From IMG/VR virus record IMGVR_UViG_3300044617_001027: DNA of 64,000 bases; one strand, 5' to 3'. This document shows positions 42,541-52,385 of this stretch, piece by piece. Made by a program: the position numbers and the translations under genes. Numbering within the stretch: position 1 is the stretch's first letter; every line of letters starts with the position of its first letter. The notes below the pieces were generated by a model, which saw only the letters and a program-made list of their open reading frames with translations, did not search any database and had not been told where the DNA came from. Origin of the DNA: an uncultured virus (IMG/VR IMGVR_UViG_3300044617_001027). Taxonomy: Duplodnaviria > Heunggongvirae > Uroviricota > Caudoviricetes.

Positions 42541-42574
42541 TGCACACTATGTTTTTGCTATTAAATATTGATTC

Positions 42575-43672
42575 TTAGAAATCCAATTTTACTTTCAAAA
42601 GAGCTTCTCTGGTAAAACTTTTCTGTAAAGGTTTTGACAGTTTAGCTACTGCGAGTAATTCATAAGAATCAGAATACATGCCTACTGTTGTAATATATAC
42701 TTTAGGATCATTTATAAAAGTGGGTTGTGAGAAGTCTCCTTCTGAACCTGTTATAAATGTTGGATTGTTGCTAAAATTATATCTGTCATTCCTAATTCTT
42801 ACAAAATAGTGAGTAGATTTCACTTTTTCAGAACTTCTAGCTTGAAATCCTAATTTATCTCCTGATAAATCTTGGAATTTAGCAGAACCGGACATAGACC
42901 TGTATAATTTAAAAGCATTATCTCCGGCGACTTCAGAACCTGATACTGTTCCGAACGAAGCGGATTTGTCAAGTGCTGTACCGTCCATTACAACAATACC
43001 TAAGTTAGGAAATACTAAACCAAATTTTTGAGGATTGCTAGGATTATATACACCTGATTCTAAGGATCCTGATACTAAGTTGTAAACTTTTCCAGCTGTA
43101 GTTACAGAGGCGGGATTGGATTTAGAGTCATCAATTAGCCTCATGTATCTCCCATTTCCGGCTAGTCTAACATTAGATCCGGTATGCGTAGAATTTTGTC
43201 CGGGTCCATTAATAAATTGAGATCCAGATAAATGAGCTATGTTAATTTCTAAAGTGCCTACATCTAATGATTCTCTTAATCTAGCTCTATTTACATTAAT
43301 TACGTAAATACTGTCTGTTGATTTTCCATTAACCGTAAATTTTCTCTCACCAGGATCTAGACATAATTGTTTGTATTGACCATAAATAGCTCGAGTAGGA
43401 GTGTCGTTTATTTGACCTCCTTCATCAGCAGAGCCAGAGCCATTATATTGACCGTAAGCAATGCTAAATTGAGCTTCGGAGCCTAGGGCATTTGAAGAGC
43501 TATTAAAAATTTCGTAATAATATCTCTTTTGAGTAGCCGTTTGTCCGGAAGATGTAAAAAAAGTTGTTAAATTACCGTCATTATTTGAAAATAAAGCTCT
43601 AGTAATTACTTCCTCTTGGTTAGGTACAATATCGGCTGTATTGAATGTAGTAAATATATCTGTATTTGCCAT
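42575..43672 (-). CDS. Baseplate/tail structural protein
   Basis: Paralog of the downstream ORFs; C-terminal VYITTVGMY...LLAVAKLSKP. Confidence 0.7.
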   Translation of the reverse strand: MANTDIFTTFNTADIVPNQEEVITRALFSNNDGNLTTFFTSSGQTATQKRYYYEIFNSSSNALGSEAQFSIAYGQYNGSGSADEGGQINDTPTRAIYGQYKQLCLDPGERKFTVNGKSTDSIYVINVNRARLRESLDVGTLEINIAHLSGSQFINGPGQNSTHTGSNVRLAGNGRYMRLIDDSKSNPASVTTAGKVYNLVSGSLESGVYNPSNPQKFGLVFPNLGIVVMDGTALDKSASFGTVSGSEVAGDNAFKLYRSMSGSAKFQDLSGDKLGFQARSSEKVKSTHYFVRIRNDRYNFSNNPTFITGSEGDFSQPTFINDPKVYITTVGMYSDSYELLAVAKLSKPLQKSFTREALLKVKLDF

Positions 43673-43686
43673 TTTTATTTTATTGT

Positions 43687-44370
43687 TTATTCAGTTATTC
43701 CAGCTCCAGGAGTTGTTCCTGTAGTAATTCTATTCACTGTTAAGCTAATGGATACTCTACCTCCGGTTTCGTTTCCTACTATTGCTAACGTAGCCTTTCT
43801 TTGATTTAGCGTAGAACCCTTTGCTTTTAAAGTGAATCCTAATCCAGTTACGCTTATAGCTTGTGCAGCTTCTGTATCTGTAATCGTTCTAGGCGTTGAA
43901 GGAGCTACGTCTTGACCATTATTTTGTGCCGGAGTTCTAGTTACACCAACAAAGGAAGCAACATCGCTATCAGATAAAGTTGCGGTATATCCAAAAGTAG
44001 TATTTCCGCCTTCAAAATTTATAGTTCTTGGAGATATTGTTATTTCTTCTCCGTTTGTTAGAGTCACTGCTGTTTGACCTACAGATATAATTGGTATTCT
44101 AACCGTTCTCTTAGGTAATGTAACCAATTTATACTTCATCATTTGAGTTTCATCCACTACAGCTTCTGTTAATGGCATGTTCTCTAAGGTAATTCCATAA
44201 TATGCCGTACCTAGTGGATGATCTGTATTCCATAATGAATAATCAATTTCATCATCGGCTAATGCAAAATGTGTAATTTGGAATTCATTTCTTCCTCGTG
44301 CAAGTAATTCCCGTCCTCTGCGGGTTAAAATAGCATCTACTGTTATTTGGTTATTGTTTAGGTATCCCAT
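43687..44370 (-). CDS. Baseplate/tail-collar-like structural protein
   Basis: AILTRRGRELLA...ITHFALADD resembles the N-terminus of tail-collar fibre proteins. Confidence 0.6.
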   Translation of the reverse strand: MGYLNNNQITVDAILTRRGRELLARGRNEFQITHFALADDEIDYSLWNTDHPLGTAYYGITLENMPLTEAVVDETQMMKYKLVTLPKRTVRIPIISVGQTAVTLTNGEEITISPRTINFEGGNTTFGYTATLSDSDVASFVGVTRTPAQNNGQDVAPSTPRTITDTEAAQAISVTGLGFTLKAKGSTLNQRKATLAIVGNETGGRVSISLTVNRITTGTTPGAGITE

Positions 44371-44409
44371 TTTGTTTGTTTTATAATAAATACTTTGAAA
44401 TATAATATT

Positions 44410-47400
44410 TTACACTATTATTTGATTCGCGCTAACTTCTCTGTATTCTACCACAGGTCCACCGTCAATAGTGTCCGTTGTATCCACATTAAAATCTAAT
44501 CCGGTTAATTTACAGCCAGTGAATCTAAGTCTATTAGGTACAGAGTCTTCAACGTATTGGTAGTTAGTAGGAACTAGAGAAGATGAATAGTAATTTTTTG
44601 TGTTTATCAATGTCGCCAGGTTTAGATTTTTTTGATATTGTGAAGAATAATTTACGGCGGTGCTAGATGAGTAATGATATACTACTTTTTTATATGCTAA
44701 ATTAGTTTTTTCAGATTCTATAATAGATTGAGTAACATACAATTTATTCCTATAAATATTTCCAGCATCATTTATTACATATTCATTCTTATATAAATAT
44801 TCTTTTAGTTGCAATTTAGTTAGTGTAGAATTAAAATTATGGAAACTAGATGACAAAACATAACTATATGCATTGTTGGCATTGTAAAAATTATTGATAT
44901 TGAAATTAGTAACTTTACCCACTATATTTTCTATCTTATAACATGATGAATCCAATTTAAAATCATTTGATATTACATTTGTGTTTCCATCATAAAAATT
45001 AATCTTTCTTCTATTTAATATTCTATCTTTGTATGTTCCATTTCTTTTAAATCTATAAGCAATGTTTTCTTCTGTAGATCCGCTAACATGCAACACATTT
45101 CCTATAAACGATAAATGCCTGTTTAAAGTTGCGTATGTTTCAATTAAATTCCTTTCATCATCAAAATAGTATAATGATTCCATGTTTGAATTAATGTCAT
45201 TTTCATCATTTATTCCATTTGTATTATATAAGCTGATGATTCCTTTTACATAATCTAATGTTCCTATGTTTGATATGTTAGAGATGTTATTTAGATGTAA
45301 AGATGAATTTTCTGAATCTACATTGAATACATCATTATCTAGATTGATTGTTGATTGTATTTCTTCTAATTTTCCATTTTCTGATATAGAGTACATGTAT
45401 TTCATATCTCTATTCATTTCTATGGTGTCCATTAGATTTTCATATTTGTATAAGTATGTTTCCCCGCCAAATTCATATAATTTTCCATTTTGATTCACTT
45501 TATGAGAATCTAAATCTGAAAATAATAAAGAGTATCCATCATAATAATCTAAAGTGGATGTTATTTTCTCATGCTTAAAGTCGGGAGTCACAGTTACAGG
45601 CAATTCTGATTTATATTTTCTGTACTCTAATTCCACGTCAGGAGGCATGTCCGTACTCGTGCTATATTTTATTTGTTCAAAATCAGGTAATAGGTTAAAA
45701 TCTAAGGATGCTGTATATTTTTTATGTGATATTTCTACCGGAGGTGCATAGCTTATAGAACCTGTGTACAAAATATATTCTCCTACTTGACTATCGGTTT
45801 TTATGATTGTTTTTTCATATTGCGGATTAGTCATAGAAGGGTTTTTTCTTGCGACTTTAGCCCTTTCTAATATATTTTCCTCTAATAAAATACCTGCAAT
45901 AAGATTTGCTCTAGCTGGAACTAATTGCTTTATCTGCTCGAATATAGAATAATCATACAGTGAAAATATTTCTATGTATTTGTTGTAGTTGTTTCTATTT
46001 TTATACTTCTTCCAATAATTTTCTCTGTTTATTCTAAGGTTATTGTATTCATCCCTATATAAATCAGAAGGGTCTCCAATCAAATTATCCAAATCTATAC
46101 CTCCATATTGATTTGCTATATCTCTATTTACTTGATCCGTTGGGCTAAACACTACGGCTAACTTATTTGAATCAACAGGGTCTGTATCAAAGGTGTTTAT
46201 CTGTACTCTTTTTTCCGGAGATAATTGATTAGTATAAAAAGATTCTTCTATTCGTATCTTGTCGCTTTTTATGACACTTGCTCCTATGGAAGGTGAGTAG
46301 CTGTAATAAATTTCTGAATAAGGTTTATATTGATTTTCTTGAGACCCCGTAAATCCTCTAAAACTAGCTGTAGTGTATTGTGATTTTAGTCTATTAGGAT
46401 GACTAGAAGATACGAATCTATAAGTAGAATGGTCATATCTAAGAGCATCTACACCCATAGGATAAAACCTATTTAATGTGTCAAAAGATGATGTATAAGA
46501 AGAACCATGATAAGCTGCTGGATTTAGTGTATGTTCTTCAAATACTTTTTCTGAATATATATCACTGTAGTCCTTATATGCTTGTAAAAATCCTCTATAT
46601 CTACTTGCTCTAACTCCTGCGTGTTGACTACCCGTAGATCCTCCTAATATGATATTGTGAGGAGTAGACAAAGAACTTGTAGAACCCCAAGAAAATGCTA
46701 TATCAGAAGATGCAGTAACAATCATGGAACCAGAAAAACTAATCCAATTTTCAAAATTACCGCTAGATTTTTTCCATTCAATATGTATTGAACCTGTTTT
46801 TTTAGTATTTGTTATATTTCTATCTGTATATATCCTAACATTCCAAGCGTCTCCATCAAAAAATGGATAATATTGGGATTGTATTGTTTTTATAGAAAAA
46901 GAAGATGTTGAATTAGATGTGCTTTGTGCGTTCTTATATCTTAAAAAGCCGTAAGCATAACTTCCACTCCTCGATGAAGTAGAAAAAGCTCTGTAACTTA
47001 CTAATTCTAAATTACTATATACTTTATTACTATTTTTAGAATCCTCTATAGACCATAAACTCATACTAAGACTAGATGAATTCGATGTATTGAATCTAAA
47101 TTCTGAAACTCTAGGGGCGGATACTTGATTTTCGTTAGGGGATATAGATTGTCCCCACGGAATTTTAACGAATTGATTTCCGTCAAATTTTAACAAGTAT
47201 TGATACCTATAACTTTTATGCGTAGGATTATATTTAGGAGGTCTTGCTCCGCCATACTCCTTAATACTAATTAATGTTTGAGGAATACCATATATAGATA
47301 GTAATGATTTTAAACTTCGTTCCGTACCTTTTGTTTTTAGGAGAGTAGGTATATTATTTACTATTCTCCTCCAAATTTGATGTGTTAAATATTCATGGGC

Positions 47401-48987
47401 CTGAGAAGCTAAAGTTCCTGTCTCTAAAAAACTTCCTGTATTATCTGTTCCTAATTTATATAACCAAAGATTACTAAGTTGATATCCATTATTTACCTCC
47501 CAACCTAAAGACTTAGCATAGGTCTTTAAAAGTTCATTAGGAATACCTCTTTTAGGATGTTCGTCTCTCCTGTGAATGGATGTTAATTCTTTGGTGAAAG
47601 CATACAAATTATCAAAATGCTGACCAATCATATCAAGAAAAACAAAGTATTCCGAATTGTCTGAGTCATTGACAATGTGACCTGGAGTTGCTTCGTATAA
47701 TGTGTTGTAATTTGTACTATCAAACTTTCTAGCTTTCGACAAAGATGACGAATACCAATAATTGTATGCAGAAGATGTTATATGATAATTGTAATATTTA
47801 TTTTGAGCTATATACTTTGGCGCCGGAGTAATACTGCCTGTTATGTCATAGGAAAAAATACTTCCAGAAGAATAGTATAGATAATTCTCAAATTCATCGA
47901 AACTATTCTTAACTTGATAAGATCTTTTTACTATTTTGTTATGGTCCGCAATACCAAAATTACTTCCTGAAGAATTGCTTGATTTTATTGCATTACTTTG
48001 ACTATTGTAAAATTCAATTAATTGTAGTTTATAATTATAGTTTTTTAACCTTTCTTGTGCTGATCCGTAAAATACAAAATTAGAAAACGTAGAGTAATCT
48101 ATATTTAAAGGAACAGAAGCTGATGAAGATATAACTCTATTTATAATTGTATTAGCTGTTTCATAATTTGAATCTAATAGAGTATCCCAATAATGGTAAA
48201 TATTTTCGTCTTTAGAAGGGAGTAAGCTATTCCATGTATTATAATTAGTAGATTCACCACTTGGAGTATTTACGGAATAATTAGGTGTTAAAGTCCTAGG
48301 CTCACTAACTATTTCAGGAGAAGTAACCGTAAAGGAATCAAAATAATCCTCGGCTACTTTATAGCAAATATGTAATAAATTTCCTGTTTTTAAATTTTCT
48401 ATAGGCCTTAATAATTTAACATAAATAACATACTCATTATCACAATCAACTTTTATGTTTATAATTGAGTAAATTTTATTTTCTCCTAAATTTAGTACAA
48501 TATTATTAATAAAGCCTAAAGTTCTTAAATAAGAAACTTTATTTTTGAATAATTCTAGTTTACTTATTACATCCGGATTATTTTTTAAATAGGTCGGCCG
48601 AATAGCTAATTTTAATTCTAACTCATCTGGGCTAATCTCTTGAATATAAAAATACTGATTATCTATGTTTCCAAAAATGTTATAAAGAAAGTTAAAACAA
48701 ATTTTATAAGTTCCCTCAAATATTTCTGAATCAAAAAATAATTTACATACATCAAAATTTATATCATCGTAAGTAGAATCAAAATCATTTCTTACATTAT
48801 AAGCTGACTTAACTAAATCATAACTTGTATTATAAACATGGGAATCTATGGAGAATGGATTTTTTATTTCATCTACTATTGCTTTTGATATGTCCAAACT
48901 CATGAATGGCTCATAATCGAATGATACTCCTTCAATTAATGATGACGAATCTTTTATCTTATCTTTATTTACGAATCTATCTATCAT
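44410..48987 (-). CDS. Large baseplate wedge protein (gp7 / P2 gpI-like core)
   Basis: LKTYAKSLGW...IWRRIVNNIPTLLKTKGTERSLKSLLSIYG; lies in the baseplate cluster. Confidence 0.65.
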   Translation of the reverse strand: MIDRFVNKDKIKDSSSLIEGVSFDYEPFMSLDISKAIVDEIKNPFSIDSHVYNTSYDLVKSAYNVRNDFDSTYDDINFDVCKLFFDSEIFEGTYKICFNFLYNIFGNIDNQYFYIQEISPDELELKLAIRPTYLKNNPDVISKLELFKNKVSYLRTLGFINNIVLNLGENKIYSIINIKVDCDNEYVIYVKLLRPIENLKTGNLLHICYKVAEDYFDSFTVTSPEIVSEPRTLTPNYSVNTPSGESTNYNTWNSLLPSKDENIYHYWDTLLDSNYETANTIINRVISSSASVPLNIDYSTFSNFVFYGSAQERLKNYNYKLQLIEFYNSQSNAIKSSNSSGSNFGIADHNKIVKRSYQVKNSFDEFENYLYYSSGSIFSYDITGSITPAPKYIAQNKYYNYHITSSAYNYWYSSSLSKARKFDSTNYNTLYEATPGHIVNDSDNSEYFVFLDMIGQHFDNLYAFTKELTSIHRRDEHPKRGIPNELLKTYAKSLGWEVNNGYQLSNLWLYKLGTDNTGSFLETGTLASQAHEYLTHQIWRRIVNNIPTLLKTKGTERSLKSLLSIYGIPQTLISIKEYGGARPPKYNPTHKSYRYQYLLKFDGNQFVKIPWGQSISPNENQVSAPRVSEFRFNTSNSSSLSMSLWSIEDSKNSNKVYSNLELVSYRAFSTSSRSGSYAYGFLRYKNAQSTSNSTSSFSIKTIQSQYYPFFDGDAWNVRIYTDRNITNTKKTGSIHIEWKKSSGNFENWISFSGSMIVTASSDIAFSWGSTSSLSTPHNIILGGSTGSQHAGVRASRYRGFLQAYKDYSDIYSEKVFEEHTLNPAAYHGSSYTSSFDTLNRFYPMGVDALRYDHSTYRFVSSSHPNRLKSQYTTASFRGFTGSQENQYKPYSEIYYSYSPSIGASVIKSDKIRIEESFYTNQLSPEKRVQINTFDTDPVDSNKLAVVFSPTDQVNRDIANQYGGIDLDNLIGDPSDLYRDEYNNLRINRENYWKKYKNRNNYNKYIEIFSLYDYSIFEQIKQLVPARANLIAGILLEENILERAKVARKNPSMTNPQYEKTIIKTDSQVGEYILYTGSISYAPPVEISHKKYTASLDFNLLPDFEQIKYSTSTDMPPDVELEYRKYKSELPVTVTPDFKHEKITSTLDYYDGYSLLFSDLDSHKVNQNGKLYEFGGETYLYKYENLMDTIEMNRDMKYMYSISENGKLEEIQSTINLDNDVFNVDSENSSLHLNNISNISNIGTLDYVKGIISLYNTNGINDENDINSNMESLYYFDDERNLIETYATLNRHLSFIGNVLHVSGSTEENIAYRFKRNGTYKDRILNRRKINFYDGNTNVISNDFKLDSSCYKIENIVGKVTNFNINNFYNANNAYSYVLSSSFHNFNSTLTKLQLKEYLYKNEYVINDAGNIYRNKLYVTQSIIESEKTNLAYKKVVYHYSSSTAVNYSSQYQKNLNLATLINTKNYYSSSLVPTNYQYVEDSVPNRLRFTGCKLTGLDFNVDTTDTIDGGPVVEYREVSANQIIV

Positions 48988-49007
48988 ATCTAATTATTGA
49001 AGTAATT

Positions 49008-51260
49008 TTAATTATTCTTTCGGGAGAATGGATCGTAAGGAGGATTACCTCTACTACCTCCTGTACCACTACTGCCACCTGTACTACGGCCATTCGTTCG
49101 CATGAATGGAATGGGTCCACCACCGCCCGTGCTACCACCACCTGTGCCACCACCACCTGTATTATCACCGCCTGTATTATTACCAATATTTTGATAACTT
49201 AGAAAGTCTATGGTATTTCCCGGAATGCCTCGTGTTAAATCTATGGAACTAGTATCTTGTCCTCCACTACCTCCCCCTCCGCCAGGAGTTTCTGTTGTAG
49301 GGCAGTTAAAATTATTTAAATCTATGAAAACATTAACTAAAGGAGGAGCTTGATTTCTATCTATAAGAGTAGAATTACCTCTATATTGGTAACTCTTATT
49401 TCCGCTATTTAAAAATAAAGTGCAGATTTGATTAATACTACCTATACTTAGAGAAGTGTATATTTTATCATTTTCGTCAGTACAAGATACAAGTTCATAT
49501 ATTACTATTTTAGTAGTATCTCCGCCGCCGCCTGAAGGGCCTCCACCTCCAATGCCCGGACAATTTGTAACTCCTTTTATTTCTAGTAAATCAGTAAGTA
49601 TTGCTATAGCTAGTGTGGTGGGATAGAAATTTGGTTCTAATTCATCCCAATAATAAGAAAGACGTTTTGTAACGCTATAATAAATTTGATTAGCTTTAGG
49701 TTGTGTGGCGATATACCCAGGTATATCATTTGAATTACATGGAATCATTCTCCAGTATTTATTACCTGCTCCTGTACTAGTACCTCCTGTTCCTCCACCT
49801 GTATCTGTTCCTCCTCCGGTACTAGGACCTGTTCCTCCACCTGTATCTGTTCCTCCTCCGGTACCAGGACCTGTTCCTCCACCTGTATCTGTTCCTCCAC
49901 CTGTATTTCCTCCTCCGGTACCAGGACCTGTTCCTCCACCTGTATTATCTTTAGGGCATTCAGGACAAAGAGAATTAGTTCCAGATGCTCCTGTAGGTCC
50001 AGCAGGTCCTTGCGGTCCTATGGGACCAAGTCCGCCAAGTTGACCATTTTGTCCCGGCTGACCATTCTGTCCGGGTAATCCGTTAGTTCCATTCTGTCCA
50101 TTAACTCCGGGTTGTCCATTAGCTCCAGCAGGTCCATTAGCTCCATCTTTACCATCCTTGCCATCTTTACCATCTTTACCGGCGGGTCCAGCAGGTCCTT
50201 GAGGTCCAGGTAAAGGTATTGAGCCTCCTCCTACTACATTCAATCCATCTTTACCGTCTTTACCAGGTCTTCCTTCAGAGCCACTAACGATAATAACAAA
50301 AGGTTCTGCCGGGATGTTATTAATAATTGTCGAAGGTATGTTATTAATAATTGGAACCATAGGGTCAATAATGTTTCTTACTTTTTTCCTAACAGCAGGT
50401 GTCCAAGATGAAGATAAGTCAAGACAATTCCCATTATTATTTGTGTTTATAAAATAGTAAGTGTATCCTTCCAAGGGTCTTGCTCCAACTTCAGCAATTT
50501 TAACAAATGTACCTAATGGGTAAGTAGCTAATTCGGAGAAATCTACTCGTTCAATAGATACTACGTCGTTATATGTTTTATTTCTTTCAAACATCATAAC
50601 TTCTAATGTCTCATTGTTAGGAATAAGACATACCGAGATATCTGTTAATGCTTGATTATTACCTCCAATAAAATAATTAAAATTTGCATCAATTATTTTA
50701 GAAAGTATAAAATCAGAAACGATAACTTTTTCAGGTCTTATAAAATAATACCCAGGATCTACAGATAAGGTAGTCCCTTGTAATTTGTAACTTATTGGAA
50801 CATATTTTATTCCTTTAAGATTTACTTTTAATTTTGGTTTATTGGCTTTTTTTATATCTTCAGTGGAATATCTATTTTTATTTTGTCCCTCTATTTCAGG
50901 CAATCTTTCATTTATTGTTCCGAAGATGACTTTTTCTACATTCCCTTCGTATCTTCTAACAATTTTATAATTTACATAATCATCAGTTTCACTAGATGTG
51001 TTAATTTCATTTTTTGGGACGGGAAGAGATATTTCTAATTTATTATTTACATCTAATGCATCTCCAATTTTTATTAATTCTTTAGACTCTTCCGTAGTAA
51101 ATCTTCCGGACATGTATTTTCCATACTCGTCTACATGATATTGACCTTTATATATGTCTCCATTTAAATAAGTAAAATCTCCAGTAGATAAGTTAGGACC
51201 TGATCTTTTATTGTTTGGATCTGATAATCTATGTATATTTATGATATTATTCTCTTCCAC
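49008..51260 (-). CDS. Structural protein with a collagen-like tract and Gly/Thr-rich repeats
   Basis: GPQGPAGPAGKDGKDG...GQNGQPG tract and GGGTDTGGGTGP repeats. Confidence 0.75.
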   Translation of the reverse strand: MEENNIINIHRLSDPNNKRSGPNLSTGDFTYLNGDIYKGQYHVDEYGKYMSGRFTTEESKELIKIGDALDVNNKLEISLPVPKNEINTSSETDDYVNYKIVRRYEGNVEKVIFGTINERLPEIEGQNKNRYSTEDIKKANKPKLKVNLKGIKYVPISYKLQGTTLSVDPGYYFIRPEKVIVSDFILSKIIDANFNYFIGGNNQALTDISVCLIPNNETLEVMMFERNKTYNDVVSIERVDFSELATYPLGTFVKIAEVGARPLEGYTYYFINTNNNGNCLDLSSSWTPAVRKKVRNIIDPMVPIINNIPSTIINNIPAEPFVIIVSGSEGRPGKDGKDGLNVVGGGSIPLPGPQGPAGPAGKDGKDGKDGKDGANGPAGANGQPGVNGQNGTNGLPGQNGQPGQNGQLGGLGPIGPQGPAGPTGASGTNSLCPECPKDNTGGGTGPGTGGGNTGGGTDTGGGTGPGTGGGTDTGGGTGPSTGGGTDTGGGTGGTSTGAGNKYWRMIPCNSNDIPGYIATQPKANQIYYSVTKRLSYYWDELEPNFYPTTLAIAILTDLLEIKGVTNCPGIGGGGPSGGGGDTTKIVIYELVSCTDENDKIYTSLSIGSINQICTLFLNSGNKSYQYRGNSTLIDRNQAPPLVNVFIDLNNFNCPTTETPGGGGGSGGQDTSSIDLTRGIPGNTIDFLSYQNIGNNTGGDNTGGGGTGGGSTGGGGPIPFMRTNGRSTGGSSGTGGSRGNPPYDPFSRKNN
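49788..49943. repeat. Degenerate tandem repeats encoding GGGT(D/G)T/GPGT
   Basis: Repeated cctgttcctccacctgtatctgttcctcc units. Confidence 0.8.
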
Positions 51261-52384
51261 TATTTACTAACTTTAAAATATATAGAATCATCAATTGTTT
51301 TTTCAATGTCTCCTCCATCCATCTTCACTTTAATTAGAACTTTATAATATCGATTAGGAAGGAATGTATTAAAATCTAATTTGAAATAATTTCCTTTATT
51401 GTCACAACTTATTACATTTCTATCATCAAATGGAACAACATACATAGATGTTTGTTCATCTTGTATTGCATAATAAGAAGATGTTGGTAATCTTTTACTT
51501 GACATGTAATTTGATGATGTAGAATATGTCTTAACTGGGATTCTATCTCTTACTAAGAATCTAAACTTTGTTTTATCTGTTGGGTAGTAAGATGCTTTTT
51601 TATTTTTGAAATGTAGAATGAAATCTTCGTTTGGTACTTGAGAGAATAAGGATGTTCCTGAAAAGTCTGTATCATTCCATACAATGTCTAATCTTGGAAT
51701 GAATATAGTATTAGTTTCCCTGCTGAAAAATTTAATAGATCCCATTACTTCACAACTTTTCTCATCGCTGTCACTTCTTTTTAAGATAAGACCATTATTC
51801 GGAATGGAGCCTGAAATCCATTTATGAACAATTCTAGTGATATCCATTCTTAAATCCGGACTTTCTTGATCAAAAGATTGCGACGCTACGAAACCACTTT
51901 GATGATACCACGTACCACCTCCCTTTTGTGTTACGTATGAGCCGGTAGTTCCTGCGACAAATGAACCGGAAGTCCACCGTTTACCTGTCATATTAAAAGA
52001 GCCATTTCTATAAGTCCATGAAACACCCTCTTTAATTTGAGGAGAAGAGTTGTAGTATCCTTTTCCTTGACTCCAAGATTCGCTAACAGGATATGCGTAT
52101 AAAGAGTAAGTCAAAGCTAAATTATCGGCCTGTGCTGAAAATAAATTTAAATAGTATTTGCTTGACTTTCCAATAGTTCCATTCTGAATTAATTTATTTA
52201 TTTCGTTAGAATCTATTTGGAGTAATATCCTAGAATTATAATTGTAATTATAGAAAATATCATTAGCATCTGCAACATTATGAGATATCTTTTCTAACTC
52301 TATTATTGAATCTAAACCTGAATTTAAATCAGGTTTCCCTTCATATATAGTGGCGTCTCTTATTGGATATACTGAATACTGCAT
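51260..52384 (-). CDS. Virion structural protein with a DNRLRE-like domain
   Basis: Motifs YPIRDATIYE, SRILLQ, YPVSESW.QG, GGGTW, MDIT..V..W, NNGLILK and PRLDIVW. Confidence 0.55.
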   Translation of the reverse strand: MQYSVYPIRDATIYEGKPDLNSGLDSIIELEKISHNVADANDIFYNYNYNSRILLQIDSNEINKLIQNGTIGKSSKYYLNLFSAQADNLALTYSLYAYPVSESWSQGKGYYNSSPQIKEGVSWTYRNGSFNMTGKRWTSGSFVAGTTGSYVTQKGGGTWYHQSGFVASQSFDQESPDLRMDITRIVHKWISGSIPNNGLILKRSDSDEKSCEVMGSIKFFSRETNTIFIPRLDIVWNDTDFSGTSLFSQVPNEDFILHFKNKKASYYPTDKTKFRFLVRDRIPVKTYSTSSNYMSSKRLPTSSYYAIQDEQTSMYVVPFDDRNVISCDNKGNYFKLDFNTFLPNRYYKVLIKVKMDGGDIEKTIDDSIYFKVSK

Positions 52385-52385
52385 T

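Noticed and set aside
48977..49186. 69-aa Val-rich ORF as a membrane protein
   Set aside because: It is an alternative frame of the Gly-rich end of 49008..51260.
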